A stretch of 64,000 nucleotides of DNA, from assembly GCA_950097015.1 (NCBI GenBank), contig CATNEN010000032.1:1364001-1428000 (forward strand), read 5' to 3'. The stretch is from Macrostomum hystrix. Taxonomy: Eukaryota > Animalia > Platyhelminthes. Shown here piece after piece: positions 33,401-44,794 of the stretch; the first letter of the stretch is position 1; every line of letters starts with the position of its first letter. The notes beneath the pieces were generated by a model. The model was not told the origin of the DNA, ran no database searches, and saw nothing but the letters and a program-made list of their open reading frames with translations. Position numbers and translations under genes: made by a program.

Positions 33401-36400
33401 AGATGTAATTTGTAATCTAAACTCACTGAGAATAGAACATGCAGCTCAGAACTAACGAGATGAAATACGCTAAAAGTGTTGAATGCATAACCATGCTCAA
33501 TTAATCAAATTATAAAATAACCGAAATTTAACAGCACCGAAAATAAGGCGAATCATTTTTTCTACGGGCAAACCTTGGCATTTAAAAATTTCGGTTTGTT
33601 AAGTTTCAAGTTTGTGAGTTTCGGGACTGCATAGTATTGGGATTGTAAAGTTTCGGGATTGTAAAGTTTCGGGATTGTAAAGTTTCAGGATTGTAAAGTT
33701 TCGGGATTGTAAAGTTTCGGGATTGTTAAGTTTCGGGATTGTAAAGTTTCGGGATTGTAAAGTTTCGGGACTGTAAAGTTTCGGGATTGTAAAGTTTCGG
33801 GATTGTAAAGTTTCGGGACTGTAAAGTTTCGGGATTGTAAAGTTTCGGGACTGTAAAGATTTGGGATTGTACAGTTTCGGGATAAAAATAATAATAATTG
33901 CAGGAGGGCTGCGGGCGATGGCACATAATTTGGTGACACTAGACCCGCAGCCAGCGAGGAGGCCATTCTGCTGACTCCTGAGCACACACGCACACAGATA
34001 CTGTACGCAGGCATACGCTCACACAGGTGTGTACATCTGCTCTGACTTTCTCATCGTCAGGCAGTGTACTGTTCCATGGAGGTTGGCCCTCAAGGGCGTA
34101 AATTGCACGACAAGCCCCAAAGCCTTCTCTCCGCGGCTGCGCCCCAAATAAATGTGGCCTCGCCGTGGAATCGAACTTAGGGACCGTGGTGCGAGAGGCA
34201 AACGCGTTAACCGCTCTGCCACCGACCCCCCTTACAGTTTCGGGATTGAAAAGCGTCATGATTGGGAAGTTTTAGGATTAAAATAATTCGGGATTGTAAC
34301 ATTTCGGAATTGCCAAATTTGGGGATTGTGAAGTTTCGAGATTGCAAAGTTTAAAGTTTTTTTTCAGACTTTCGAAAATTTTGAGCAGGTAAACATGCTC
34401 GACTCAAACAAATGCCTTACCTGGAAGTGGTCCAAATCTTGCAGGAACTTCTGCAGCTCAGAGGATTCCTCCAGGCGTTCACGACGCTCCTCGCGCATCT
34501 CGCTAAGCTCCTTCCACAGTTCCTTGAGCTGATCGCGCGAGGCGCGCAGCTTCTCGGCCTCCTCCGGTCGAACCTTCTCGAGCTTCTCGCACTGGTCGTC
34601 CAGGTGCTGGAGGCGGGCCTCGATGGCGGCCATGTCGGTATTCAGATGTTGCAGACGGCGCTGCAGCTGCATGATACCGCCGAGGTCGTTGCCGAGCTCG
34701 TCAGTGGACTCAACCAGCTGGCACTTCTCCTTGATCCAGTTGGCAGTCTCGCGGCACTCGATGTTGTAAGTGTTGTAGTCGTAGGCGTTGTTGATCCTGT
34801 CGCGCCTATCGTCAACAAGATCGGCGAGCTCGTTCCACTGGGCCTTCAGATCGTCCTGGCGTTCGCGAATCTCTTCGCTGTTCGGATGGTTCACGCTTTG
34901 CAGCTGCATGGGAGAGTAGGGAAAGATGGCGACTGTGCTCAGAACCTATGCTCAAATTAGATCAAAATATTCACATCCTATTGCATTACATATACAAAGA
35001 TTAAAACCCTTGAATTCCCATACACCAAGGGCACAGGACTCACGTGATTTCCAGAGTCATCAATTTCGGCCACCCGTTCGGCGTTAGCCTTCAGCTCCAA
35101 TTCGAAGCCATCGAAGCGATGCTTGACAACTTCGAGTTCTTCAATCTCCTCTGATGGCAGCATGGAGGCCAGCAGGCGCTTCTTCTCCCGAATCCAGGCC
35201 TCCAGTTGGTCGGCGCCGTTAAACAGCTGGTGCATGGCGAGAGCGTCGTCCAGGCGCTGCTTCCTGACCGCGGCCTGTTTCAGCAGCTTCTCGTACTTAT
35301 CATCGATGCTCTCCAGCCGCTGCTTGGTCGTTGCCGACTCGCGGTCGGTCTCGTTGAGAGCGGCGGCCAAGGTGTGGAGGCTGTCAATCTCGGCCTTGTA
35401 GTTGCGAATCTCCTCCTGCAGATCCTCATGCTTGCGCTGCAGCGACTGCACGGACTGCTCATTGTTGCCAGTGTCGTCATTCTCGCACAGACGCTGCATC
35501 TCCGCCAGCCAGGCGTCAGTCTCGTCACAGTCGGCCAGGAACCGGTGGTAGTCCAAGGCCTGGGGTGTCCAAGGTATTCATCTCAGTCACTTCAGCTATC
35601 TGCCTGAATCTCAGTCACTTCATCTATCTGCCTGAATCTCAGTGACTTCAGCTATCTGCCTGAATACCAGTCACTTCAGCTATCTGCCTGAATCCCAGTC
35701 ACTTCAGCTATCTGCCTAAATCTCAGTCACTTCAGCTATCTGCCTAAATCTCAGTCACATCAGCAATCTGCCTGAATCTCAGTCACTTCAGCAATCTGCC
35801 TAAATCTCAGTCACTTCAGCAATCTGCCTGAATCTCAGTCACTTCAGCAATCTGCCTGAATCTCAGTCACTTCAGCAATCTGCCTAAATCTCAGTCACTT
35901 CAGCTATCTGCCTGAATCTCAGTCACTTCAGCTATCTGCCTGAATACCAGTCACTTCAGCTATCTGCCTGAATCCCAGTCACTTCAGCTATCTGCCTAAA
36001 TCTCAGTCACTTCAGCAATCTGCCTGAATCTCAGTCACTTCAGCTATCTGCCTGAATCTCAGTCACTTCAGCTATCTGTCTGAATCTCAGTCACTTCAGC
36101 TATCTGCCTGAATCTCAGTCACTTCAGCTATCTGCCTGAATACCAGTCACTTCAGCTATCTGCCTGAATACCAGTCACTTCAGCTATCTGCCTGAATACC
36201 AGTCACTTCAGCTATCTTCCTGAATACCAGTCACTTCAGCTATCTGCCTGAATACCAGTCACTTCAGCTATCTGCCTGAATACCAGTCACTTCAGCTATC
36301 TTCCTGAATACCAGTCACTTCAGCTATCTGCCTGAATACCAGTCACTTCAGCTATCTGCCTGAATACCAGTCACTTCAGCTATCTGCCTGAATCTCAGTC

Positions 36401-39400
36401 ACTTCAGCTATCTGCCTGAATCCCAGTCACGGTCTGCCTGAATCTCAGTCACTTCAGCTATCTGCCTGAATCCCAGTCACGGTCTGCCTGAATCCCAGTC
36501 ATAGTTTTAGCGATCTGCCTGAATCTCAGACAGTTCAGCGGTCTTAAAAGCTTTATCAACAATTTACACTTGTGAAAGTAGAAATAAAAGCAAGAAAACT
36601 TACTTGGAGCAGACGAGCCTTCCTAGCGGCGGCCCGGTCGACCAGCTGATCCCAGAGGCCGTTCATGTGCTCAATGCGGCTGAGGATGCTGTCGCTGCCC
36701 ATGTTGCTGACAGCAGCCAGCTGTTCTCCCTTCTCAATCTGGTTCTGCAGCAGGCTTCGCCTAGCGGAGATTTCATCCTCTGTGGCGCGATGTTTGCCTA
36801 GCAACAGCTGAGCAGACGGGATGTCGTGGCCCAGATCCGGGCTGGACATGAGCTGGTCCATCTCGCGCACCCACTGCTCGGCCTCCTCCATCTCCCACAT
36901 GAACATCCAGAGGGAGCGGCTCTCGTCCAGCTTGTCCTGCCGCTGGATGGCCCGCAGGCGCAGCTGCTCGTAGGCTTCGCGCAGGATTAGCGAGCGCTCC
37001 TCCACTTCGCCCGGCTCCGTTGGTCGATAGTCGCCGATTTCGTCCGGGAATTCGCCGTCAATGAAAGCCTGGGCGGCGGTGCAGATGGCCTGAACCCGAT
37101 CGCCGAGGACTAGAATGTCGCTCTCTAGCAGGGCGTGCTGCTCAATCAGATCGTCGACGCCCATGAGGTGGCGGCCGTATTCCTCGGACTGCAGGCGCTG
37201 GGTCAGCTCCTCGATCCAGTCCAGCACGTACAGGATCTCCTGGTAGATCTTGTGCACCTGGATAGATTAAAGGATTCGGGGAAAATGTAAATCGTTCATG
37301 GAAGTATATTAGGGAAATTGGATTCCCGTTTCAAGGTCAAGCCGAGGTGGCAGCCAATCAAAGCATAGTGGAGGGGGATTCCGTATAGGTAATTTCTAAA
37401 ATAGAATTCTACGCTTCTAAAATAGCCGCAGCTAATGCGTGGCGAATCTGGAAGTTGCGTACAGCTGTTCAGTCTGTGGACTTTGTGGACACCACACCCA
37501 CCGTCAAGCCTCAATTACCACAGGTGATGCTGGTACACATTTAACAGCTGAATGAACTGAAGCAATGCACAGCTAAGAGTATCACTATAAAGGACACAAA
37601 CTGTACCGGTGGAGTCGGGAATCGAACCTCTAACCAACTAGGCTACAACGCCCGCCAATATGAAATCATGCGCTCACCTGCAGCGTGAGATCCAGGCGCA
37701 TTCGCCTAGCCCTGAGCAGATCCAGCAGCTGTTCCCATAGGCGCAGCACATTGTCCTTGCGGGCCAGGATGCGTTCAGTATCGCGATAGTTCTCGGATTC
37801 CAGCTCGGCAGCCACGCGGACCACGGCATTGACGCGCTCCTCGTAGGCAAAGATGTCGGTCTCGATGGCCTCGTGCTTCTTGGTGGCGGCCTCCACAGCC
37901 GGCAGGTCGTGCCCAAAGTTGTCCTGCGACACCAGGCGCTGGTTCTCGGCTAGCCAGGTCTCGCGCATGCCAGCCTTGCGGTCGAATCTAGCAGCCAGCT
38001 GTTCCAGCTTCTCCTGCCGGATAAGCTCGTCGCGCAGGGCGATCTCCCTGGCGTGCTCGGCCTTTTCAAGCCGCTCCCAGGCCTTGTTGATCTCAGACAC
38101 CATCTTCTCCTCCTTAGGAAAATAGGGCCGCTGATTGTTGGCCCGCATCTTCTGCTGGATGGTGAACAGCTGAATCTCTAGGTTGCCCTTCTCGGTGAAC
38201 TTTGGCGGCTTTTCAACTGTGCGATAGTTGCTGAATGTCTGCAGCTGCGACTGGACACCGGACACGGAGTTGGCCAGGCTCCGGTCATTCAGCAGCTCGA
38301 TGGTCTGCTCAATCCAGTTCAGCAGATCCGAAGTCAGCTTCTCGTACTGGGCAATCAGATCGTCCGATTGCTGAGCCTCGTGCAGCACCTTCTTCAGGCG
38401 CTTGGCCTGCACAGTCTCCTCCTTGACCTTGGAGAAGTAGTGATAGTAGGTCACCACGTAGGTCATCACGGACTTCTCATCCGGATGCTCCACATTCACA
38501 TCTGAAACAATCAAATCGTGTTATGTTTAATAATTCAAGGATGGGGGCCAGGTTGCTGACAAATTGAGTCATTCACAAACTCTGCCCTCACCTTCTGGAT
38601 CAAGCAGCTGGGCCAGGCCCAGTCGATCTTCGGCTACGCTGAAGGCATTCTGCAGATTGGCCACAGGCTGGGCCTTGCTCAGTGTGTTGTAGTCAATCAG
38701 GTCCGGCCTGAATGCAACATCGGAGAGGCAGGATGACTCATTGAAAAATAATAGAACACTACTTATAGTAGTGGAAATTGTTGTCAACTTGACGTGTTTG
38801 AACTACATTGCGGGTTGGCAAGCTTATACATTTCTCGAGCCTAAGGGAGACAACAAATGACGTCAGATGGTAGGATTGATGATAAAAACAATGGAGATAT
38901 GAGACACGGGAGAGATGAGAGACACAGGAGAGATGAGACACGGGAGAGATGAGACACGGGAGAGATGAGACACGGGAGAGATGAGAGACACAGGAGAGAT
39001 GAGACACGGGAGAGATGAGACACGGGAGAGATGAGACACGGGAGAGATGAGATATGGGAGGGTAGGTTTTAGAAGGGCCAGGGGGGGCAGAGATAGCTAA
39101 ATCTTAGTCTGTATGGTTGCTAGCGATGTCTGTGAGTTTTCAACCTGTCAATTAGCGTAGTTGTAAGCCCAGAATGTGGTAATGACTAGCCGCAGTGACA
39201 GCAGTAGTTAGGTGTGCAATTGGAATACAAGTCACGATTGCTTCTAAGCTAATTGAGACAATCATCTAAGGCTATCATTCGAAATGAGATTGGGCTATTG
39301 TTTATTTCAATTGGGGCTAACCGGCTAAAGTAAACAGACAGACGCGGACACACGGTAGACGCGGTGCCGCGTATCAGTTAATGATGAGAAATGAGCAGAG

Positions 39401-40801
39401 GAGAGCCGCAACCAGCCAGCCTGATGCCTCTGCCTCACTCCCCAATGCCCCTAGAGCTAATCCGGAACTGCAGGGCCTGTCGCATCACCTAATCATGATG
39501 GATGCCAGTCAAGGGAACTGACTACAGAGGATCATAGGGTTTTTATGGGGATCTGTGGATCTGGCACCGGCCTAGGAATGAAGGCACTCGTTTTTTACCG
39601 CGATTTGGCATCTGACTTTAATAGAAATCAGTGAGAGAGATTAATCTAGCAGTAATATAAATAACAGCAAAAACTAACTTTTAAATCCCTAGAAATAAAA
39701 TGTGGCTGATCTGAATTGCTGATGTTGATTTTTGTTTCGATGGAACTACTGACGAATTGCGTGCATGTACTACTAAGCATCATGGCCCATCAGCGCACAG
39801 CAGGGACACACACTGCAGCCATATGGCAGCGCAACCAAGATTTACTGCTCTCACGAACAGGAACAGATCTGATTTGATTTCCTCTCTTTGCTTCCTATCC
39901 GCAAGCATTTCGAGCATTCACTGCATACTCGCCATCTAAACAACGGAAGCAGCTTAATCTACTAGACTGTACCAAATATCCTCTTCTCTCTGCTCCCAGA
40001 GCCCCGCCCAGCTGCCCAGTCGCGAATCGAAAAGTCGAGAGACTGCCCTATTATTTATGTTTGAAGGTTCCAACGCTTCTCAGACACGAAGCACGCTTAG
40101 ATAAATAATATCTAAATGGGACAATATGTGGCTACCGCAGTCATAGTTACATGTTATTAACTGCAAACCCAGGCAAGCCTATTTTGGTAAGCGGATAGGC
40201 ACGCAATAACTGCTAAAGTAGGGATGGGCATGGCTGTAGTGGAATCATACAAAATATGGCTGCGACGCAAGGACCATTGATTCCACAGGCATTTCTCCTG
40301 CCTCTTCGCTCTCCCAGCTGTTCCATTCCAGACACAGAGGCAATCTTGCTCCACCCTCTCGCCCACGGAGACCCACCCTATATTCCACTTATTTTTCCAG
40401 CCAATCCACAGAAATAAATTGCAGCAGCAGCAGCAGCGAGCGCAAAGGGTGACTGTGCCAGCCCCGACAAGCCCTGTGTTAATCTCCAGCCATGTACCCT
40501 CCGGGCTTGGTCCGTCTCCGCACACGCAGCCTTTCCGTGCATGGCAAGCGTGACGAAGGAGAGGATTGGGGGGTAGGGAGAGAGGGAGAGAGAGAGAGGA
40601 AAAACAGCGAAGAGGAGAACTGCGACGTTCAGCGGAAGGGAAGAGAAGGGTGAGTGTGCGCGCACCCTCTGAATCATGCTGTTTCCCTTCCTTCGTAGGC
40701 TAGCCGTACAATCTCGATATATTTCTCTCCCTTCCTCTCGTGTGTATATTTCGTTCTTGATAATTATCAGTGAGACGGGCATGGGGAATTAGTTGCTTTG
40801 G

Positions 40802-40842
<41 letters not shown>

Positions 40843-43800
40843 GGGAACTGGACAGATGGGAAGGGGGGAAGACTGTAAGATATTGGTGGGGTGAGGCTGG
40901 TAAAGCTAGGCATCTTGCATCATCTAAAGCAGAGCGGGTATGGAACGCAAAACGCAATCATCATGCTAGCGCCAAGAATAAGGGCGTCTGGCAGGTAGGT
41001 AAGGAGTGGCGTACAGGCTAGGCTATAAGTTGTTGTTTAAAACTAAACTAAGGGTTAGATGCTGTTCTAATACAGACAGGAATAGCGAACAGTTCAAATC
41101 AAGGAGGCAAGGTGATACGCTGTTTCCAGGGTAATGTTTGAGAAAGAGTTGTTTAAAAAAAAGAGAAGACTCGGTTGCTAGTTAGGCCAAATAGACCAAG
41201 GAAATCTGGGCTTCTTAGTATGCGCTTCAACCGGCGAGAGAAAAGTATAGCCGGGGGGTCTCGCGGCGGGGTGTCTGTTCTTCCCTCGGCAGATCTTAGC
41301 TGGCCTACTGCCCGCCGTGTGCTAGCCTTATGCTAGATTCCGATTCCTAGCAAAAGCGGCGGTTCTGGTGGCCAAAAAAGGCCACCAGAACCACAATCTT
41401 GCGCAGCAGTCCCGTCCTTACCATATACTTTCTTCCCCCCACCGAAGGTTGGGCGCGCACGGCCGGCATTGCAACATTACTTATATTATGCCCCATTTTA
41501 TAAATGCATTTTCAGTCGTTCTAGTTTCTAAGTGTGCACTGGCAAGTTTGAACCGGCTTATATTTAAGGAATTCTCTCCTATAGCCGACGCTTCAGTTCG
41601 TCATGAAGTCTCTATTTACACCCGAACTAACTACTGCGATTGAGAATTCCCGAACACACAAACACTGTACACTTGAAACTTCGTAACATAACAGTTAAAA
41701 ACATTGTTTCAAGGGTGAACTGGTTCATTTATTTGTGTTGGCAGTGCCAGTGTAGGGGCTAGCAGCGACCATTAGCTTAGATATAACTATGTAGATAAAA
41801 ACATGACTGAGACAAGGCCGCACAGACACTGTAATGTTTGTTTTAATTGGGCTTGTTTAAATTTGCCAGCTAAATGTACACCTACACACAGGGGGGTGCG
41901 CATTACAATAATAATAATAAGAACAACCAGTTGCTCGGACAGCAGAGAGACCAATAAAAAATAGCCAACAGGGCTAGTTCGAGCCAGGCAAGTCAGTCAT
42001 AAGCCAGCTCTATTAGCTAACTGAAAAGAAATAATATCAACAAACTAGCGCACAGATAAGACTCCAGAGACGTAGTAGAAGCTAGCAAGCAATGCACAAT
42101 CAAGCATGACAGGGAGACTACGCAGATTTTGTCTTTCTCAATAAACTAAGCGCACTAGATACACGCGTGAACTTAGCTTGCAGACTAAAGAGAGAGAGAG
42201 AGAGAGCAATATTATGCTAGCATTTTTAGTTCCAGTCAGTTAGAAGCGGCATTCAATAAACAATCCATTAAGCTACATCCACGATTTAGAAAAGTTTCCA
42301 GCTTGAATATTATTACTAAACTGTGTTTGGGGAGGGGGTTAATATTAGCTAGTCTAATATACTATAACTAATTAATTAACGGCCAATGGACAAATGGTTA
42401 ACAAGAAGCGGAATAAAAACAATTGTAATTGAAATGTCTACTACAGTTACAATTTAACATTGCTTTTTGTGGTGTTGGAAATCGTGACTCATGTTCAATT
42501 TGGCTAACTATAATAACCCCATGATTCCTACTCAGTCACTAGACTTTGTTTGTCACTAGCATGGCATCCAATTAGGAGCAATGACTAGCGAGACGAGTGA
42601 GGGGGAGAGAGAACAATTGAAAGCTCAGAAAGAGAAAGAGAGAAATAGAGAGCAACCCCAACCAGGCGTGCCGAAGAAACACTTTCTCATTCAGCTTGTG
42701 TGAGCGCATTCCTCTACTAGCTTAACCTTAACCTACTTGCTCAGTTCTAACTCGTATGCCTTTGGGCGGTGGCGAATGAACTACAATTCAAATAGCCAGT
42801 GACTGAATGTAAGACAGAGAGAAGTACGCGGACCTTGGCCCGGGACATGAGGTAAGATATTGAAGTCTGACCGCCCAGAGAGAGAGTTGGAGAAAATAAA
42901 TAGACAACATTGAGAATCTAGGCAAGTTTGAGTAACAGTGTCTCGTTTTATGAAAAGCAGAAGTCCAAAGTAATATTGGAAATTAATCCAGGGAACCGGC
43001 AAGGTCAGGACTTGGGTGGGAATTAAGTGGGGAGCGAGGAGAGGTCAGGCCGAAAGGCAGAGGGAGAAAGCTAGATATACAGAGACTAATGCGACAGTTC
43101 CCCAATGTGCGTGCCGAAGACGCAATACGAAATTCAGAGGACAGTTCACTCAAGGCCAAGAATCAGTTGAAAACTGGGAGTGGAAAAAGAATGCCGCTGT
43201 ATTATACGTATTATTGTTGTTACAATTCTGTGCATTCCGTCACTCGCAATACAAAGGGCTGTCTACATCATGGCGATTTGCATTGCAAACTAAATTTCAT
43301 TTGCAACGCATTCAAACAAAAATCTGCAGATTTTTTCTGGATTAAATTGATTTTTTCCTTTCGTCATAAAAAATAATTGCTTCTTTAACCTGTCACAATC
43401 AATAACATTTAACAAAAAGCAATATGCAGCGACTAACACAGGAAATAAATAGAACCAATTAACACCCAAACAGTAAAAAAAGCAGTAGATAGTTGATATA
43501 ATATTAACCTATTACTTTTAAATCCTTTACAATTCCCTGTAAAAAAATCGGCTGCTTCTTCGGCGGGTTTTTTGTGCAAAATAGGAGTGGAATCTACCAA
43601 AATCCCCCCTATCTCGCAAGAGTTAAAGAAACCACCCAGGAAGCAGCCGATGTAACCGTAAATTGTGCGGAAACCGCCGAAGAATCACCCGAACCAGTGG
43701 CCCATGGGACAACCAGAGAATTATTTACTGGCGATTCCTCGGCGGTTTCTGAGCATGGAATCTTCCGAACTAGAGGATTCTTTGGGTGATTCCATTTCGC

Positions 43801-44794
43801 CACCAAGAAGCACTGAGAAAACGCCCAGTTGGGTAGATTCTAAGCATGGAATCATCGGATTGGTATGTTCCCACCGTTTGGCTGTTTCTTTTTCTGGAAA
43901 CACCGCAGATTCCAACTGGAATCACCCAAAGAAACATCCCTATTTTTTAGCGGGTTCAAAGAATAAGTCCTGCAAGTAGATCACTCTCAAATCCACGAGT
44001 AGAACAGTCCAAATCCACTAGAAAGTAACTTAAAAAAATCACTATACTAGAAGGCATAGCATTTTTACTGACCGTACCGAACGTGACGGATCTACCATAT
44101 CATAAAAACACTAAGACACAAAAACAAAGCATTAAAAGTAGCAATCTCACCTGTGCTTGTGAATGAGCGCATTGAAAGCCAGCCCATCGCGCCAGCTCGT
44201 GGTGAAGTTGCGCACATTCACATTGTTATAGCCGGCAGTTTTCATCTGGCACCAGAGCAGCAGGGCGTCCTTAGCCTGCCGTGTCTCAGTCATGGCACCG
44301 TCCGGCCTGTCGACGACAACATCCTGAATCTGGAAACGAAGGATGACAGTCCACAGCAGGCCGAGGGTCAGGCGGCCATTACCGTCCACAATGTCGTGAG
44401 CGCCGAGGTTCTCCATGTGAACGCACTGGTCAGTGAGGAAGCTGAGCGCCTTATCCACGTTCTCCAGACAGTGGATGCGCATCTTGCCCTTAGTGGGACG
44501 AGGCAGCCGTTCGCCAGTGAGGGCCTCCAGCAGTTTCAACAGGGTTTTACCATCGCGCAGATCAATATAGAGATCCTCAATCTTGATGCCATCCTGGCTC
44601 AGGTGAGCATTTAGCCACTTGGTGAAAGTCTTCTTTTGCACATTTTCACGCTCCTCAGCTAGAGCTTTAATGCGCGACCGTTCAAATAGTTTAGAAGTGG
44701 AATTGCCGGACTCGAAGTCATCTTCAGTGTCCGTCAGCTGATTGGGATCCGGCTCCCAGTGGATGCCTTTGAAATTATTCTGCAACTCGACCAT
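26778..44794 (-). CDS. SPTBN1: Beta-spectrin (conventional, PH-domain isoform), 2335 aa, 13 coding exons: 44794-44151, 38707-38592, 38501-37678, 37257-36604, 35559-35044, 34903-34421, 33077-32703, 32225-31233, 30506-30183, 29956-29603, 29233-28442, 27814-27273, 27168-26778
   Basis: N-terminal [25 protein letters not shown] and tandem CH domains, a spectrin-repeat series, and a C-terminal PH domain (GPLSRKHEW...SWQHLHVVL...KRPYVFRL...EYLFQA...KKRFFTL). Exon lengths sum to 7008 nt = 2336 codons with all phases compatible. The symbol marks the ortholog class (beta-Spec/unc-70/SPTBN), not one vertebrate paralog. Confidence 0.96.
27875..28375. repeat. 36-bp minisatellite GATAGGCTCAGACTAATGGGGACCAATCAGGAAATC, about 14 copies
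   Basis: Fills spectrin intron 27815-28441. Confidence 0.96.
29335..29530. repeat. Degenerate GAGATGAGACA-family array
   Basis: Core shared with 10990-12392. Confidence 0.8.
30725..31145. repeat. 23-bp pyrimidine-rich minisatellite TTTCTACCCCTCTCCTACCACTG
   Basis: Direct reading. Confidence 0.93.
32425..32600. repeat. About 30-bp repeat CTGTCTCATCTCCCCTGTCCCATTGTTTCC (GAGATGAGAC core inverted)
   Basis: About 5 copies. Confidence 0.85.
33620..33883. repeat. 16-bp minisatellite GGGATTGTAAAGTTTC; degenerate units continue at 34233-34350
   Basis: Direct reading; interrupted by a SINE. Confidence 0.93.
33884..34232 (-). mobile_element. tRNA-derived SINE (second family) inserted in a 16-bp minisatellite within a spectrin intron
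   Basis: Head GGTGGCAGAGCGGTTAACGCG...AGTTCGATTCC, (ATT)n tail, 14-bp TSD TACAGTTTCGGGAT at 33870-33883 and 34233-34246. Confidence 0.85.
35580..36530. repeat. 28-bp minisatellite CTATCTGCCTGAATCTCAGTCACTTCAG, about 34 copies
   Basis: Fills spectrin intron 35560-36603. Confidence 0.97.
37420..37653 (-). mobile_element. Degenerate copy of the 51067-51380 SINE family, with part of the tRNA head deleted
   Basis: Minus strand GTTGTAGCCTAGTTGGTTAGAGGTTCGATTCCCGACTCCA...CAGCTGTTAAATGTGTACCAGCAT...GACTGAACAGCTGTACGCA matches the 51 kb copy. Confidence 0.7.
38893..39057. repeat. 16/18-bp GAGATGAGACACGGGA array
   Basis: Same unit as 10990-12392. Confidence 0.92.
43535..43954. mobile_element. Probable MITE with CCC-ended short TIRs and TT flanks (CMC/EnSpm-like)
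   Basis: Left CCCTGTAAAAAAAT vs right reverse complement CCCGCTAAAAAAT; TT on both sides. Internal inverted motifs GAATCACCCAAAGAA / TTCTTTGGGTGATTC and AAACCGCCGAAGAATC / GATTCCTCGGCGGTTT. Confidence 0.55.

Noticed and set aside
41048-41060. Telomerase-template-like CTAACCCT on the minus strand
   Set aside because: An 8-nt match is expected by chance in 64 kb and there is no supporting structure.
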